Shown: positions 43,584 through 53,428 of the stretch, piece by piece
How positions within the stretch are numbered: position 1 is the first letter of the stretch
Layout of the letters: each line of letters opens with the position of its first letter
Virus record (IMG/VR): IMGVR_UViG_3300022700_000208
Location: 1-64,000 of that record
DNA length: 64,000 bases
Strand: one strand, 5' to 3'
Origin: a virus
Made by a program: the position numbers and the translations under genes
The notes under the pieces: model-generated
What the model saw: only the letters and a program-made list of their open reading frames with translations
Databases searched by the model: none
What the model was told of the DNA's origin: nothing

Positions 43584-46430
43584 ATGAGTCGAGCAAAGTC
43601 ACTCCTGAATACATTCAATGAAGCCAGAATTGGTGACGATAAAACTCAGCATAATGATCGGTTTGCTGTCCTTGGGGGAGGTAATGCCTATCTTCCAACA
43701 GGAAAAAGGCAGACAGCCGAGAAGTTAACTGCTGGGGCTTACGTTCCTAAAATGAGCCCTCAAGGTGTTGTGTTTGAAAAGGCTCAGATCAACACTGATG
43801 AGATCCTTCGCTTTGAGGATGAAAGACAAAAGAAGGTTGTCAAAAGAGTAGAGAAGTTTTGGGAGCAGGGCCAACGCTATAATCAGTTTGGCTTTACTCA
43901 TTCCTTCGGTCTTCTCATGGAAGGTCCCCCAGGCAGTGGAAAATGTCTGGGTAGAGGGACTCCTGTTCTCATGTACGATGGATCTACCAAGAAAGTAGAG
44001 GATGTAGTTGTAGGGGATAAATTGATGGGAGATGATTCTACTCCTAGAACTGTTAAATCAACTACTAGTGGATATGAGCAGATGTACAGGGTTGTTCCTG
44101 TAAAAGGTGATCCTTATGTAGTTAATGAATCTCATATCCTTAGCCTTAAGATGTCCTGCGCAGCAGGAGGAAAAGAAAAAGGTGAGAAGGTAGATATCTC
44201 TGTAAGAGAGTATATGGAAAGAAGTAATCATTTTAAGCATTATGCTAAAGGATATCGAGTAGGAGTCGACTTTGAAGAAAAAGAGGTTCCTCTAGATCCT
44301 TATTATCTTGGGATATGGCTAGGAGATGGAAACAATAAGGATCAGAGTATTTCCAACCCAGAGGAAGAAATTCTTGAGTATCTTTATTCTTTGGGTGAAG
44401 AAAGAGGGCTTCATGTATATGCTGATACTCAAGAAGGAAAATGTCCTTTAATAAAGCTAGTGAAAAAAGAAGGATTATATAATAACCTTCTTGATTCTTT
44501 GAGAGAACTTGAGCTTATTAACAATAAGCATATCCCCCATATTTATAAAGCCAATTCAAAAGAGAATAGACTTCAGCTTTTGGCTGGTTTATTGGACACA
44601 GATGGTTATTATTGTAATGGTTATTATGAAATAATGAGCAATAACTCAGTCTTGAAGGATGATATTCTTTATCTTGCAAAATCTCTTGGTTTTGCTGCCT
44701 ACTATAAAGAAAAAGAGGCTAAGTTAGAAAATTGGGATGAGCCAAGGACCTATTATAGGATATCTATTTCAGGGCATGTTGATGAGATTCCATGTAAAGT
44801 GGAAAGGAAGCAAGCAGAGCCAAGAAAACAAAAGAAAGATGTTCTTTCTACGGGAATCACTTTAGAGAAGTTGGAAGTTGATGAGTATTTTGGTTTTGAG
44901 ATTGATGGTAATAGGAGATTTCTCCTGGGGGATTTTACTGTTACTCACAATACCGTGATAGTAAAACAAGTTCTTGAGGATGCTATCAATCAAGATCATA
45001 TTGCTCTCATTTGCAGGAATGTGGATGATTTGGCTGAAGGTCTTAATGCTCTAAGAGAGGTTGAGCCTGATCGCAAGATCCTTTGTGTGATGGAAGATAT
45101 TGAAAACCTCATCAAGTTTGGGGATCAATCTCTCATTCAGCTCATGGATGGGGACAATAAGCAAGAGGGTGTGTTCTACCTGGGAACTACAAACCATCCT
45201 GAGAAGATCCATCCCCGTGTTAAAAGAAAAGGCAGGTTCTCAGAGACCATTCATGTTCCGTTTCCTCCCAAAGAGGGAAGACAAGCCTATCTCAAGAAAA
45301 AGCTTGGCCAGCATGAGGATGCCAAGGAAATCAATCGCATTGTGAAAGCCACAGAGGGCCTTAGTTTTGCCCACCTCAGGGACTACATCATTGGGACCTA
45401 TTGTGAGGAGAGAAACTCGGATGAGGTTCTCAGCGAAATTAAGGACGTGTCAGTGGAGGAGCTTAAATCCCAGGGCCTTACCTATGATGAGTTTAAAGAA
45501 AAGCTTGAGGAGGCTCTTGGAGTCCAGAGCACCGCTTCATATAACCAGTCCTTGAATGAGGATACAGTCCGTACTCCTAGCGATAAAGCCAAGAGCAAAT
45601 CTCAGCGCCGCCGAATGGAGAGAATGAAGAGCAAATATAAGAAGCAAAAGAGCGAGTCCAGGGCTTCTAAGCTCTTAGAGGAGATGGATGATTCTGGGTT
45701 CAGTCTGATTGATCCTGAAGAGATCAAAAAGGAATTCAGGCAGAAGATCAAGAACTTTGGCATTGAGGGAGTCAATGTTGAGGATGTCACTGTAGACATG
45801 GAAAATGATATCATTGTCAATTTCTCTGATGATGAGGGAGATGAACTCCTGGCCATTTTCCAACACAATGAAGAGGAAGCCTGGGTTCTTATTGTCGATG
45901 ATGAGGAGGAAGCTGAAAATGAAGAGGGAGAAGCCATTATTGTGGATCTTAGTCCTCTTCCATTTGCCCTTAGGGATACCCCAATCGGTAAATATTTAGA
46001 GCTTGCCACTCTTGAATGGATGAATAAGTCCACTCTTGTTTCCATCCTAAGAGCTGGGGAGATCGGATATGATAAGCAGATCAAAGACTATAGCAATAGC
46101 TATGATGCTTATGGGAACCGAGTTGTAGCTCCAGCCGAAGCCAAAGTCAGTGAGGAAGATCTTAAGAAACATCTTCAGGAAAGTGGTGTTGATGAGCTTA
46201 AGAGAACAGTTGTCAGAGGAGGAAAGAGAGTCAAACTCCCTGTGGTGATAAAGAAGAAAAAGAAAAAGCTCACTGGTAAACAAAAGGCAGGCATCAGAAA
46301 AGGTGCAAGGAAAAGAAAAGCCAAGAAGGCTCAGATCCAGAGGAAGAGAAAGAAATCCCTGAAGAAAAGAAAGCAAATGGGCCTTAAAAAGGGAGGTCTT
46401 GGGACTCGAAGAAAGCTCAAAGGAAGATAA
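43584..46430 (+). CDS. AAA+ ATPase with intein, fused to a gp68-like prohead core domain; carries the MSKA leader
   Basis: GPPGSGK|intein|T, MEDIE, GTTNHPE, RKGRF; basic tail QRKRKKSLKKRKQMGL. Confidence 0.85.
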   Translation: MSRAKSLLNTFNEARIGDDKTQHNDRFAVLGGGNAYLPTGKRQTAEKLTAGAYVPKMSPQGVVFEKAQINTDEILRFEDERQKKVVKRVEKFWEQGQRYNQFGFTHSFGLLMEGPPGSGKCLGRGTPVLMYDGSTKKVEDVVVGDKLMGDDSTPRTVKSTTSGYEQMYRVVPVKGDPYVVNESHILSLKMSCAAGGKEKGEKVDISVREYMERSNHFKHYAKGYRVGVDFEEKEVPLDPYYLGIWLGDGNNKDQSISNPEEEILEYLYSLGEERGLHVYADTQEGKCPLIKLVKKEGLYNNLLDSLRELELINNKHIPHIYKANSKENRLQLLAGLLDTDGYYCNGYYEIMSNNSVLKDDILYLAKSLGFAAYYKEKEAKLENWDEPRTYYRISISGHVDEIPCKVERKQAEPRKQKKDVLSTGITLEKLEVDEYFGFEIDGNRRFLLGDFTVTHNTVIVKQVLEDAINQDHIALICRNVDDLAEGLNALREVEPDRKILCVMEDIENLIKFGDQSLIQLMDGDNKQEGVFYLGTTNHPEKIHPRVKRKGRFSETIHVPFPPKEGRQAYLKKKLGQHEDAKEINRIVKATEGLSFAHLRDYIIGTYCEERNSDEVLSEIKDVSVEELKSQGLTYDEFKEKLEEALGVQSTASYNQSLNEDTVRTPSDKAKSKSQRRRMERMKSKYKKQKSESRASKLLEEMDDSGFSLIDPEEIKKEFRQKIKNFGIEGVNVEDVTVDMENDIIVNFSDDEGDELLAIFQHNEEEAWVLIVDDEEEAENEEGEAIIVDLSPLPFALRDTPIGKYLELATLEWMNKSTLVSILRAGEIGYDKQIKDYSNSYDAYGNRVVAPAEAKVSEEDLKKHLQESGVDELKRTVVRGGKRVKLPVVIKKKKKKLTGKQKAGIRKGARKRKAKKAQIQRKRKKSLKKRKQMGLKKGGLGTRRKLKGR
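43944..44951 (+). mobile_element. Intein (336 aa) with LAGLIDADG endonuclease in the AAA Walker A
   Basis: CLGRGT start, VNESH, LGIWLGDG, LAGLLDTDG, VTHN followed by Thr. Confidence 0.93.
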
Positions 46431-46527
46431 TATGAATTATGGCAAGTGGTATGCCCAGGAAATGGACCGATTGGGTGATGAAATTGAGGATCAAGAAAAC
46501 CATCGTAAGGATAGAGAGGAGACAGAC

Positions 46528-46866
46528 ATGAGTAAAGCCAAGGAACTGACAGAGAAATTCAATAAGGTAGATGAGAAGGACTTAAAGTCTGAGGATCTCA
46601 AGGAATTTGCTGATGCTATCAGTGAAACTATAGGCAAAGTTCAGAATTTTGTCGATGGGTATCAAAGAGTCAGAAAGAGACTCAATAAGGATATGCAGAA
46701 GGCAAAAGACAATGTTGATAATCTTGGCTCTGGAGAGTCTGATGAGAGTGTTCAGGAAGAGCTTCATGTTCTTGCCGATATGATGCAAGATTTCCTTGAA
46801 AGTATGGAGGAGCTTGCGAATGATAACAAAAAAGAAATGGAAAACGCTGTAAAGAAACTTAAATAG
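46528..46866 (+). CDS. protein, MSKA-leader family
   Basis: SD GAGGAG then MSKAKELTEKFNKVDE; an upstream in-frame start is possible. Confidence 0.75.
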   Translation: MSKAKELTEKFNKVDEKDLKSEDLKEFADAISETIGKVQNFVDGYQRVRKRLNKDMQKAKDNVDNLGSGESDESVQEELHVLADMMQDFLESMEELANDNKKEMENAVKKLK

Positions 46867-46881
46867 ATAGGAGTTTGTACT

Positions 46882-47214
46882 ATGTCAAAAGCAAAAGAAT
46901 TGAAAGAGAAATTCGATAAAACCAAACAAGGTCAGTCTGTATCTGAGCAAGGGACCAGCCCTAATAATGTTGCTAAGACAAGAGATCAAGTTGCAAAGAG
47001 ATTAGGTGCAGCTCAGAAAATTATGTCTAAGCCTGATCCTGAAAATTTAAAACAGATTGTACAGGGACATCTAGATGCTTTGGATGCTGTTAGGTCAGGT
47101 CTTGTTTCCATGTTTAAAAAAGAAGGAAATAAAGACATGCAAAAGGTAATAGATAAAGTTTCTGACTCAGAAAAAGAACTAAGAGACTTGGTTAAAAAAG
47201 AGGATTTTTTCTAA
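46882..47214 (+). CDS. protein, MSKA-leader family
   Basis: MSKAKELKEKF...VSE. Confidence 0.8.
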   Translation: MSKAKELKEKFDKTKQGQSVSEQGTSPNNVAKTRDQVAKRLGAAQKIMSKPDPENLKQIVQGHLDALDAVRSGLVSMFKKEGNKDMQKVIDKVSDSEKELRDLVKKEDFF

Positions 47215-47215
47215 T

Positions 47216-47446
47216 ATGTCCAAGGCAAAAAACTTGCTTACTTTGGTCTCAGAGGCCAGTAAGCCAAAAATTGAAAAGCTCAAGTCCATTTGGGAGGGCT
47301 TAAGCTCTAGACAGAAAAAAGAGTTAATGGCCCTTTATGCTTTCTCCGAGTTCAATGAAGAGTTTGATCACCTATCTTCTTATCAGAAGGAAGTGATGAT
47401 CAATAACCTAGAAGTAGCAGAATCATTTTCATCGAAGGAACACTAA
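47216..47446 (+). CDS. protein, MSKA-leader family
   Basis: MSKAKNLLTLVSE-A. Confidence 0.75.
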   Translation: MSKAKNLLTLVSEASKPKIEKLKSIWEGLSSRQKKELMALYAFSEFNEEFDHLSSYQKEVMINNLEVAESFSSKEH

Positions 47447-48012
47447 TGCTTATCACTGAAGACTCAGACCGTTGTTTTGTGATCAAAGATGGAAAGGCCA
47501 TAGCCATATCCGAGACTCCAGAAGGTCTTGATAATGGGGGCCGTGATGATGTCTATGCCTATGTGGTGGATGATGAGGAAGAAACCTATGCTCGGATGTT
47601 TGAGGCAGATTCAGATGATCATGCCATAACAAAAGCCAAGCTCAGCATGTATGAGAATGGCAATCATCGAGCGTATGTTGGAAAATTCCTAGGTAAGACA
47701 GAAGCAGGACCTATATTCAGGGATATGAACCTGATATATGCTGACATGGATGAGGGAGTGAATGAAGAGCTTAAAGAGTCCACTTCCAGAAGGCTAGTTA
47801 GGCAGTCTGTCAGATATGGAACTCAGTTCATCACAGCCAATGAGCAAGAAAGACAAAATCTTATGGGGGCCATCACTCTCCTCAACCAAGCTCAGTCAGC
47901 TAATGAGGATTCTCAAGCCAAAAAGCTTCTCACTCTTTCCCGCCGCGTGGCCAAGGGATCAATTGATGAAAAATCTCTTAGGAAAATCACTGGGGAAAGT
48001 AAGGAGGAGTAG
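47446..48012 (+). CDS. hypothetical head-region protein
   Basis: 188 aa, coupled. Confidence 0.7.
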   Translation: MLITEDSDRCFVIKDGKAIAISETPEGLDNGGRDDVYAYVVDDEEETYARMFEADSDDHAITKAKLSMYENGNHRAYVGKFLGKTEAGPIFRDMNLIYADMDEGVNEELKESTSRRLVRQSVRYGTQFITANEQERQNLMGAITLLNQAQSANEDSQAKKLLTLSRRVAKGSIDEKSLRKITGESKEE

Positions 48013-48558
48013 TTGGATTTATCCCTTGAGATGCTTTTCACAGTTTTGGCCCTATTTGTAGGGTTAGCTGGTCTTATTTGGAAGATGGTTGACTCCCTTA
48101 TCCAGAGACAGGAGTCTGCTAAAAAGCGGATTATTGAATCTGAAAAGCAATCTAAAAAGGAAGCCTTGGATAGGGAACTTGATGCCAATAAGAGACTTGA
48201 GGAAGAAAAGGCCCAGATCCAAAAGGAACTTGAAAAGCAAAAGCAGCGCCATGTTGATCAGCTCATTCAGGGAATAAGGGAAGAAATATCCAAGCTGGAC
48301 AAGAAACTAAGTCGTGTTCATGAGTCCTATATAGAGCTTAACACTAAGTTTGAGAGCAATGAGGACAAATATAATCAGGTCCTTACAGAGGTTCATGAGT
48401 TTTTTAAAACCACTAAAGCCAGATTCGACATGCTGGAAAAACAAGCCAGTAATCATGAGGCATCTATTGAAGACATAAAAACCAGGCTTATGGATATTGG
48501 AAATGATTTAGTGATTGTGAAAGATGCAGCCGATAAAGTGAGGTCAAGCAAAGGATGA
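48013..48558 (+). CDS. membrane-anchored coiled-coil protein
   Basis: N-terminal TM plus coiled coil. Confidence 0.7.
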   Translation: MDLSLEMLFTVLALFVGLAGLIWKMVDSLIQRQESAKKRIIESEKQSKKEALDRELDANKRLEEEKAQIQKELEKQKQRHVDQLIQGIREEISKLDKKLSRVHESYIELNTKFESNEDKYNQVLTEVHEFFKTTKARFDMLEKQASNHEASIEDIKTRLMDIGNDLVIVKDAADKVRSSKG

Positions 48559-49427
48559 AGTTTCACACCCTAGAAGATAAAAAAATGTTTCTCATTGAAT
48601 GTGGGAGGTCCGACCTCCTGGATAAGATTAATGAGTCCTACGAGCCCTCCCAGGAACTTCAGGAACTATTCCTTAAGAAAAGAAGAAAGAAGATCCCCAC
48701 TCTTAAGAACTTCAAAAAGTCTCAAGCCACATCCCAGCAGTGGAGGAAGAAACGCTTTAAGATGATGCGTGGCATTAAAGACTTTCATAAATCCACGTCG
48801 GGAAAGAGGTTTCACCGCGCCTTAGGTAGGTTCATTGCAACCAGGGATTTCAGAAGCAAGAGGTTTACCAGGGAGAACTATAATCTAGGAGAGGTGTGTG
48901 AGGTCCTCAAAGCCCTCTCAAGCGCTAAAACTCAATCCTACATAACCCTGGAGTATTATAAGCCAGCGGACAAACAAGCCGATTTTGAGCTTTTCATAGA
49001 GGAGATTGTTCCGATTATCGAACAGATTGAGAAAAGTCTAGTGGTCGGAAAGGAAATCAGTGAGGAGGAGCTTGATCTGCTGGTCAGGATAACTGATGAG
49101 AAGGTGATCCTAGACTACCTGGACAATAGTCAAGGAAGGTTCAATGCTCTTCATAGTTTCTGGGCTCACATGAATGAGATTGGTGATCCCAGTGAAATTG
49201 GTTTTTATCTTGATACTCTCAATTGCACCAAGCATTTGAATGAAGAGGGCAGGATTATATCCACGATTGCAGAAAGGACAGGCCACTCTTATCAGGAAGT
49301 GGAACGCTCTCATAACAGACATAAGGCCAATTTGGTTAAAGAGGGGATCAAAAAATACGAAAGTACGAATAATTCGTATTTTCCCCGATTATTTGACGGG
49401 ATCAAAAAGGACCTTAAACTAGACTAA
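48555..49427 (+). CDS. hypothetical basic head-region protein
   Basis: 290 aa before the protease gene. Confidence 0.7.
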   Translation: MKFHTLEDKKMFLIECGRSDLLDKINESYEPSQELQELFLKKRRKKIPTLKNFKKSQATSQQWRKKRFKMMRGIKDFHKSTSGKRFHRALGRFIATRDFRSKRFTRENYNLGEVCEVLKALSSAKTQSYITLEYYKPADKQADFELFIEEIVPIIEQIEKSLVVGKEISEEELDLLVRITDEKVILDYLDNSQGRFNALHSFWAHMNEIGDPSEIGFYLDTLNCTKHLNEEGRIISTIAERTGHSYQEVERSHNRHKANLVKEGIKKYESTNNSYFPRLFDGIKKDLKLD

Positions 49428-49462
49428 ATTCCCGTTTAACTGTCTCAAAAATAGATTCAACT

Positions 49463-49497
49463 CGTAAAAATTTTTATTTCCGTTTTCCTAATAGAGG
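49463..49497 (+). promoter_or_regulatory. Putative late promoter, copy 2
   Basis: CGTAAAAATTTTTATTTCCGTTTTCCTAATAGAGG. Confidence 0.7.
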
Positions 49498-49540
49498 CAT
49501 CTGTCTTTTTTATTCGAGCAAGGTCTAAGGAGAAAAGCGC

Positions 49541-51025
49541 ATGGGTGATCCAGCTCAAGATTTAGGTCCTAATTCCAATGAGGTTTTGGGAGTATTTGAA
49601 CCTGATGCTGGCTTCAGACTTGAAGAAGCAAATGGTGAAGTTGGGGGAAAGCATGTCTTAGGTCGAGTTAAGGGAACTTTCTTTGTTCCAGAAGGGGTTT
49701 CCCGCAATAACCGATACTACCCCAAGGAGTTATGGGAGAGGGTTGTCCAAGATCCCATGATCAAAAAGCGTCTTGAGGAAAGGCGCATGTTTGGGACCAT
49801 CAGCCATGAGCAACCCTTGGATGATAAAGCTCTCCTTGATGGAAAGATCAGCCATATTATCACTGATCTTCAGATCAAGGAAGGAAAGCAGGGATACGGG
49901 GAAGCCTTAATACTCGACACCCCTGCTGGGAATATTCTCTATCGAGTTCTCCAGGCAGGAGCCAAGTTATTTGTCTCCTCTAGGGCCAATGGCCAATTCA
50001 AGGGAGAAGAAAGGGGAATACCTAAAGTTGATCCAGAAACATTTCAACTGAATACTTTTGATTTCGTTATGGACCCTGGTTTTGTTCAGGCTAATCCACA
50101 GATGGAAAGTCTTCAGGAAGCGTTGAATAAACTAAAGAAACTTGAGGAGACTATGGGACAGCAAAATAATAATCAACCAAATCAAGAAAACAATAAATCA
50201 CAAGGAGATGAGCAAATGGGCCAACAGAATAATCAGGATCTTTTAGAAAAGCTCTCCAAGCAAAACAGTGACCTGGAGCAGCAACTCGACACTGCCACAA
50301 AAGAGGTTGAGCGTCTTAAGGAAGAGAACACCACTCTTACGGATGAGAACAATAACCTCAAAGAGGAAATGAAAAACCACAAGCAACTTACAGAGGAAGT
50401 TGAAAAATATCGAAAGCTTGGAACTCCTGAAGAGATTGAAGAGGCTTTTGAGTCCGCTGAAAAACTCCATGAGGATAATAAAAAGATCACTGAGGAACTT
50501 GGCTCTGCTGAGGAAATTGAGGAATCAATTGATGCAGCTACAAGCCTCATCGAAGAATACAAAGAGCTTGGCTCTCCCAGTGAGGTCAGTGAAGCTCTTG
50601 ATGCAGCAGAAAAGACAATTGATGAGTATGCTGAATATGGAACTCCTGATGAAATCGGTCAGGTCTTTGAACGTGCTGAAAGCATGGTTGAAGAGAAAAA
50701 GCAAGAGAAGGAATCCAAAGAGGTTGCTCAGCTTGCTTCTGAAATTGGAGTTTCGGAAGAAAAAGTCCGAACTCTTTATGGAAAAGTCTCCAATGAAGAA
50801 ATCAAGAAAGTTCTTGGGGAAGGCAAGAAAGACTCAGAGAAACCAGGAAAATCTGAGTCTCTTACTGAGCGCTTCAAGAAAAAAGGAACAAGTGAAAACA
50901 AAGATTCCAGTGAAGGTGAAGATGAAGGTGAAAAGAAAACTCCCTTCAATGAATCTGGAGTCAATCGCTTGTTAAAACGAACAGGTCCTGTCCGCAAGGA
51001 AGATCCTGTTGAGAGTCCTCGATAA
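49541..51025 (+). CDS. Prohead protease (gp21-like) fused to scaffold (gp22-like)
   Basis: SRNNRYYP, GTISH, ILDTPAG, VSSRANG, FDFVMDPGF; acidic coiled coil with Y..LG[TS]PEE repeats. Confidence 0.9.
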   Translation: MGDPAQDLGPNSNEVLGVFEPDAGFRLEEANGEVGGKHVLGRVKGTFFVPEGVSRNNRYYPKELWERVVQDPMIKKRLEERRMFGTISHEQPLDDKALLDGKISHIITDLQIKEGKQGYGEALILDTPAGNILYRVLQAGAKLFVSSRANGQFKGEERGIPKVDPETFQLNTFDFVMDPGFVQANPQMESLQEALNKLKKLEETMGQQNNNQPNQENNKSQGDEQMGQQNNQDLLEKLSKQNSDLEQQLDTATKEVERLKEENTTLTDENNNLKEEMKNHKQLTEEVEKYRKLGTPEEIEEAFESAEKLHEDNKKITEELGSAEEIEESIDAATSLIEEYKELGSPSEVSEALDAAEKTIDEYAEYGTPDEIGQVFERAESMVEEKKQEKESKEVAQLASEIGVSEEKVRTLYGKVSNEEIKKVLGEGKKDSEKPGKSESLTERFKKKGTSENKDSSEGEDEGEKKTPFNESGVNRLLKRTGPVRKEDPVESPR

Positions 51026-51114
51026 AGGATTTCTTAGTTAGTTTGTGGTCTGGACTTCAGGGGCAAACTACGGGGAAACAAAAACAAACCAAACTGACTA
51101 AGGAGATTGCGAAA

Positions 51115-52548
51115 ATGCAAGGTCAAATGAATGAAGATTCAAAATTACAGGCCATTGATAAAATGGCAGAACAATATTATGAGCGCTATCGAAACAACAT
51201 GGACGCTCTTGAGCAGTCCTTGAACTGCTCCATCAAAAAAGATGGCCTCGATGCAAATGATGTTTTTGCATTGGGAAGCCAGCTCGAAAAGTTTGAAAAC
51301 TTTGTCGAGATGTGTGAGGAAGTCGGTAACACAAACCTTCTTGGCACCCTTCCCAAAATCGGTATGGACGTGATCACAGCAGTACATGGTTCTTCCATTA
51401 TTCCTGTTGTGGCTTCTGTTCAGCCTATTGAGGAAGAGTCTGGCTTGGTTTGGTTCAAGACTGTTCGCAGTGAAAACACTCGTGGTTCTCAGACAGCAGG
51501 CGATGTTGTCCGTGATCCTCGAACAGGCACTGTCTATCCTCAAGGCTATGCTTCGGGCCGAATTCAGAATGAGCAGGAAGCTACATCAGGTGCTCAGTTC
51601 ACCTATAGTTTCACTCTCAGTTTTCCTCCGATCCGAAGTGAAAGTCTCCGTCTTGAGCTTTCTCAAAACTCAGATGTTTTTGCTCGTGATGTTGGCCCTC
51701 AGGGTGCTGACAAAAACATCGGGACATTGCTTGGAGCAGGTGTCAGCGGTACAGTGAATTACACAACTGGCCAAGTTGATGTTGAGTTCACTAGCGATCC
51801 TGGCGCTGGCAATATGGTTATGGAATATCAACAGAACTTTGAGCGTTCTTCTGATATTCCTCAGATCCAGAACTTCTTTGACTCAAAGCAAGTTCGCGCT
51901 CATCCGTACACATTGAAAGCCACATTCGGCATGATCCAAGACTTCACTATGAGAAAGCGTTTTGGCTTTTCTGCCCAAGACAGCTTGTCAGAAGATCTTG
52001 TCACTGAAATCAATAAGGAAGTTGGTGGAGATCTTATCCGCTTGATCGACGCGGTTAAGCTTGGCTCTGAGAACTTTGATGCCAGCGCACCTTCTGGTGT
52101 TTCCTTTTTCGAGCATAAGCAAACGTACAAAGACGTTCTTGCTCGGGCCACTACAAACCTCATTAACAATGCAGGTCGTGGTCAGATTTCAGTGCTCATT
52201 GCAGGCTTGGATCACACAGCCATTATCCAGACACTTCCTGGCTTCCAGCGTGTGTCTGATGGTTCTGCTCTTGGAACTCAAGTGATCGGAACCTTGGATG
52301 GTATGACAGTGGTTCAGGTGAAGGATACTAACCTTCTTGCAACCAATCGCGCATTGGCCATTTGGAAAGGTCCGACACCTTTTGAAGCACCTGCTGTCTG
52401 GTCTCCGTTTATGCCTCTTGCCACTACAGGAACTCTTCCTGAGTCTCCTAACCCGTTAGTTAGCATGAAAGCTGGAGCTGTTGTGGGTGCCGTTGAATCA
52501 CTGGTTCCTCAGTTTGCCACTGAGATCACTATCAGTAACGCACCTTAA
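51115..52548 (+). CDS. Major capsid protein (T4 gp23-like)
   Basis: VASVQPI, LKATF...QD, EINKEV, PAVWSPFMPL; SD AAGGAG before ATG 51115. Confidence 0.9.
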   Translation: MQGQMNEDSKLQAIDKMAEQYYERYRNNMDALEQSLNCSIKKDGLDANDVFALGSQLEKFENFVEMCEEVGNTNLLGTLPKIGMDVITAVHGSSIIPVVASVQPIEEESGLVWFKTVRSENTRGSQTAGDVVRDPRTGTVYPQGYASGRIQNEQEATSGAQFTYSFTLSFPPIRSESLRLELSQNSDVFARDVGPQGADKNIGTLLGAGVSGTVNYTTGQVDVEFTSDPGAGNMVMEYQQNFERSSDIPQIQNFFDSKQVRAHPYTLKATFGMIQDFTMRKRFGFSAQDSLSEDLVTEINKEVGGDLIRLIDAVKLGSENFDASAPSGVSFFEHKQTYKDVLARATTNLINNAGRGQISVLIAGLDHTAIIQTLPGFQRVSDGSALGTQVIGTLDGMTVVQVKDTNLLATNRALAIWKGPTPFEAPAVWSPFMPLATTGTLPESPNPLVSMKAGAVVGAVESLVPQFATEITISNAP

Positions 52549-52572
52549 GGCATTCTTAGTATAAACCAATAA

Positions 52573-52607
52573 TAATGGAGGGGAGATATCTCCCCTCCAT
52601 TTCTTTG
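52573..52607 (+). terminator. Intrinsic terminator after MCP
   Basis: AATGGAGGGGAGA-TA-TCTCCCCTCCATT then TCTTT. Confidence 0.8.
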
Positions 52608-52639
52608 ACTGAGCATCTAATAAACCTGGAGATTTTATT

Positions 52640-53425
52640 ATGGCTTTTGAAATTATCAATAATTTTAAAGGAAGAAAGACAATCAAGGTAAGAAACCAAG
52701 AACCTCTTGTTTTCCCAAATCCTGGGGATTCCCTCAAATTCAACTCTTTTAGTGAATATTTACCCTATCGTGACATGATCATTGCCGAGATTCAGAGGAA
52801 TCATCTGAAGTGGAAAGGTGAGCCTTTTGAAGAGGATACTCTTCCACCCAAGCAAGGCAAAATTAACAGCAAGGATGAAATATCCCCTAAAGGGGTTGAG
52901 TACAATTGGACATCTGTCCAAGAGACTCAAAAAGGAGAGGCTACAGTTCAAGAGCTTAATGGAGAGCAAAGAACTCTTATGGAGGAAGATTCTCCTCAAT
53001 CTCAGGAGCAGCAGCCACAACCTTCTGAGGCCATTCAGAAATTGGCTAATGCTCAGCCTAGTGAGGATGATGAGGTGGATACAACTCCTGTTCATGAAAA
53101 AGTGAAAGAGCTTACTGAAGAAGAGAAATCTTCTCAGCCTTCTGGAGAGGAAAAGGAAGCTAGTCAACCCCAGACAAAGAAGAAAAAGAAAAAGAAAGCA
53201 AAGGCATCCAAAAAGGCTTCTAAAAAGAAAACAGCTAAGAAAAAAGCCTCCACTAAACAATCATCGGATGAGGCTTCCTCTGGAGATTTAGGGGCTAAAA
53301 AAGAACAGTTGGCTCAATTGACTGAAAAGCTCAAGACCACTCCCAGAGATCAGATGGAAAGAAGGACAAAGCTTAAGAGCCAAATGAAAGAGATCAAAAA
53401 GGAAATTGCTCAGTTAGAAGGCTAA
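52640..53425 (+). CDS. hypothetical protein with Lys/Ala-rich histone-like stretch
   Basis: KKKKKKKAKASKKASKKKTAKKK. Confidence 0.75.
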   Translation: MAFEIINNFKGRKTIKVRNQEPLVFPNPGDSLKFNSFSEYLPYRDMIIAEIQRNHLKWKGEPFEEDTLPPKQGKINSKDEISPKGVEYNWTSVQETQKGEATVQELNGEQRTLMEEDSPQSQEQQPQPSEAIQKLANAQPSEDDEVDTTPVHEKVKELTEEEKSSQPSGEEKEASQPQTKKKKKKKAKASKKASKKKTAKKKASTKQSSDEASSGDLGAKKEQLAQLTEKLKTTPRDQMERRTKLKSQMKEIKKEIAQLEG

Positions 53426-53428
53426 TTC

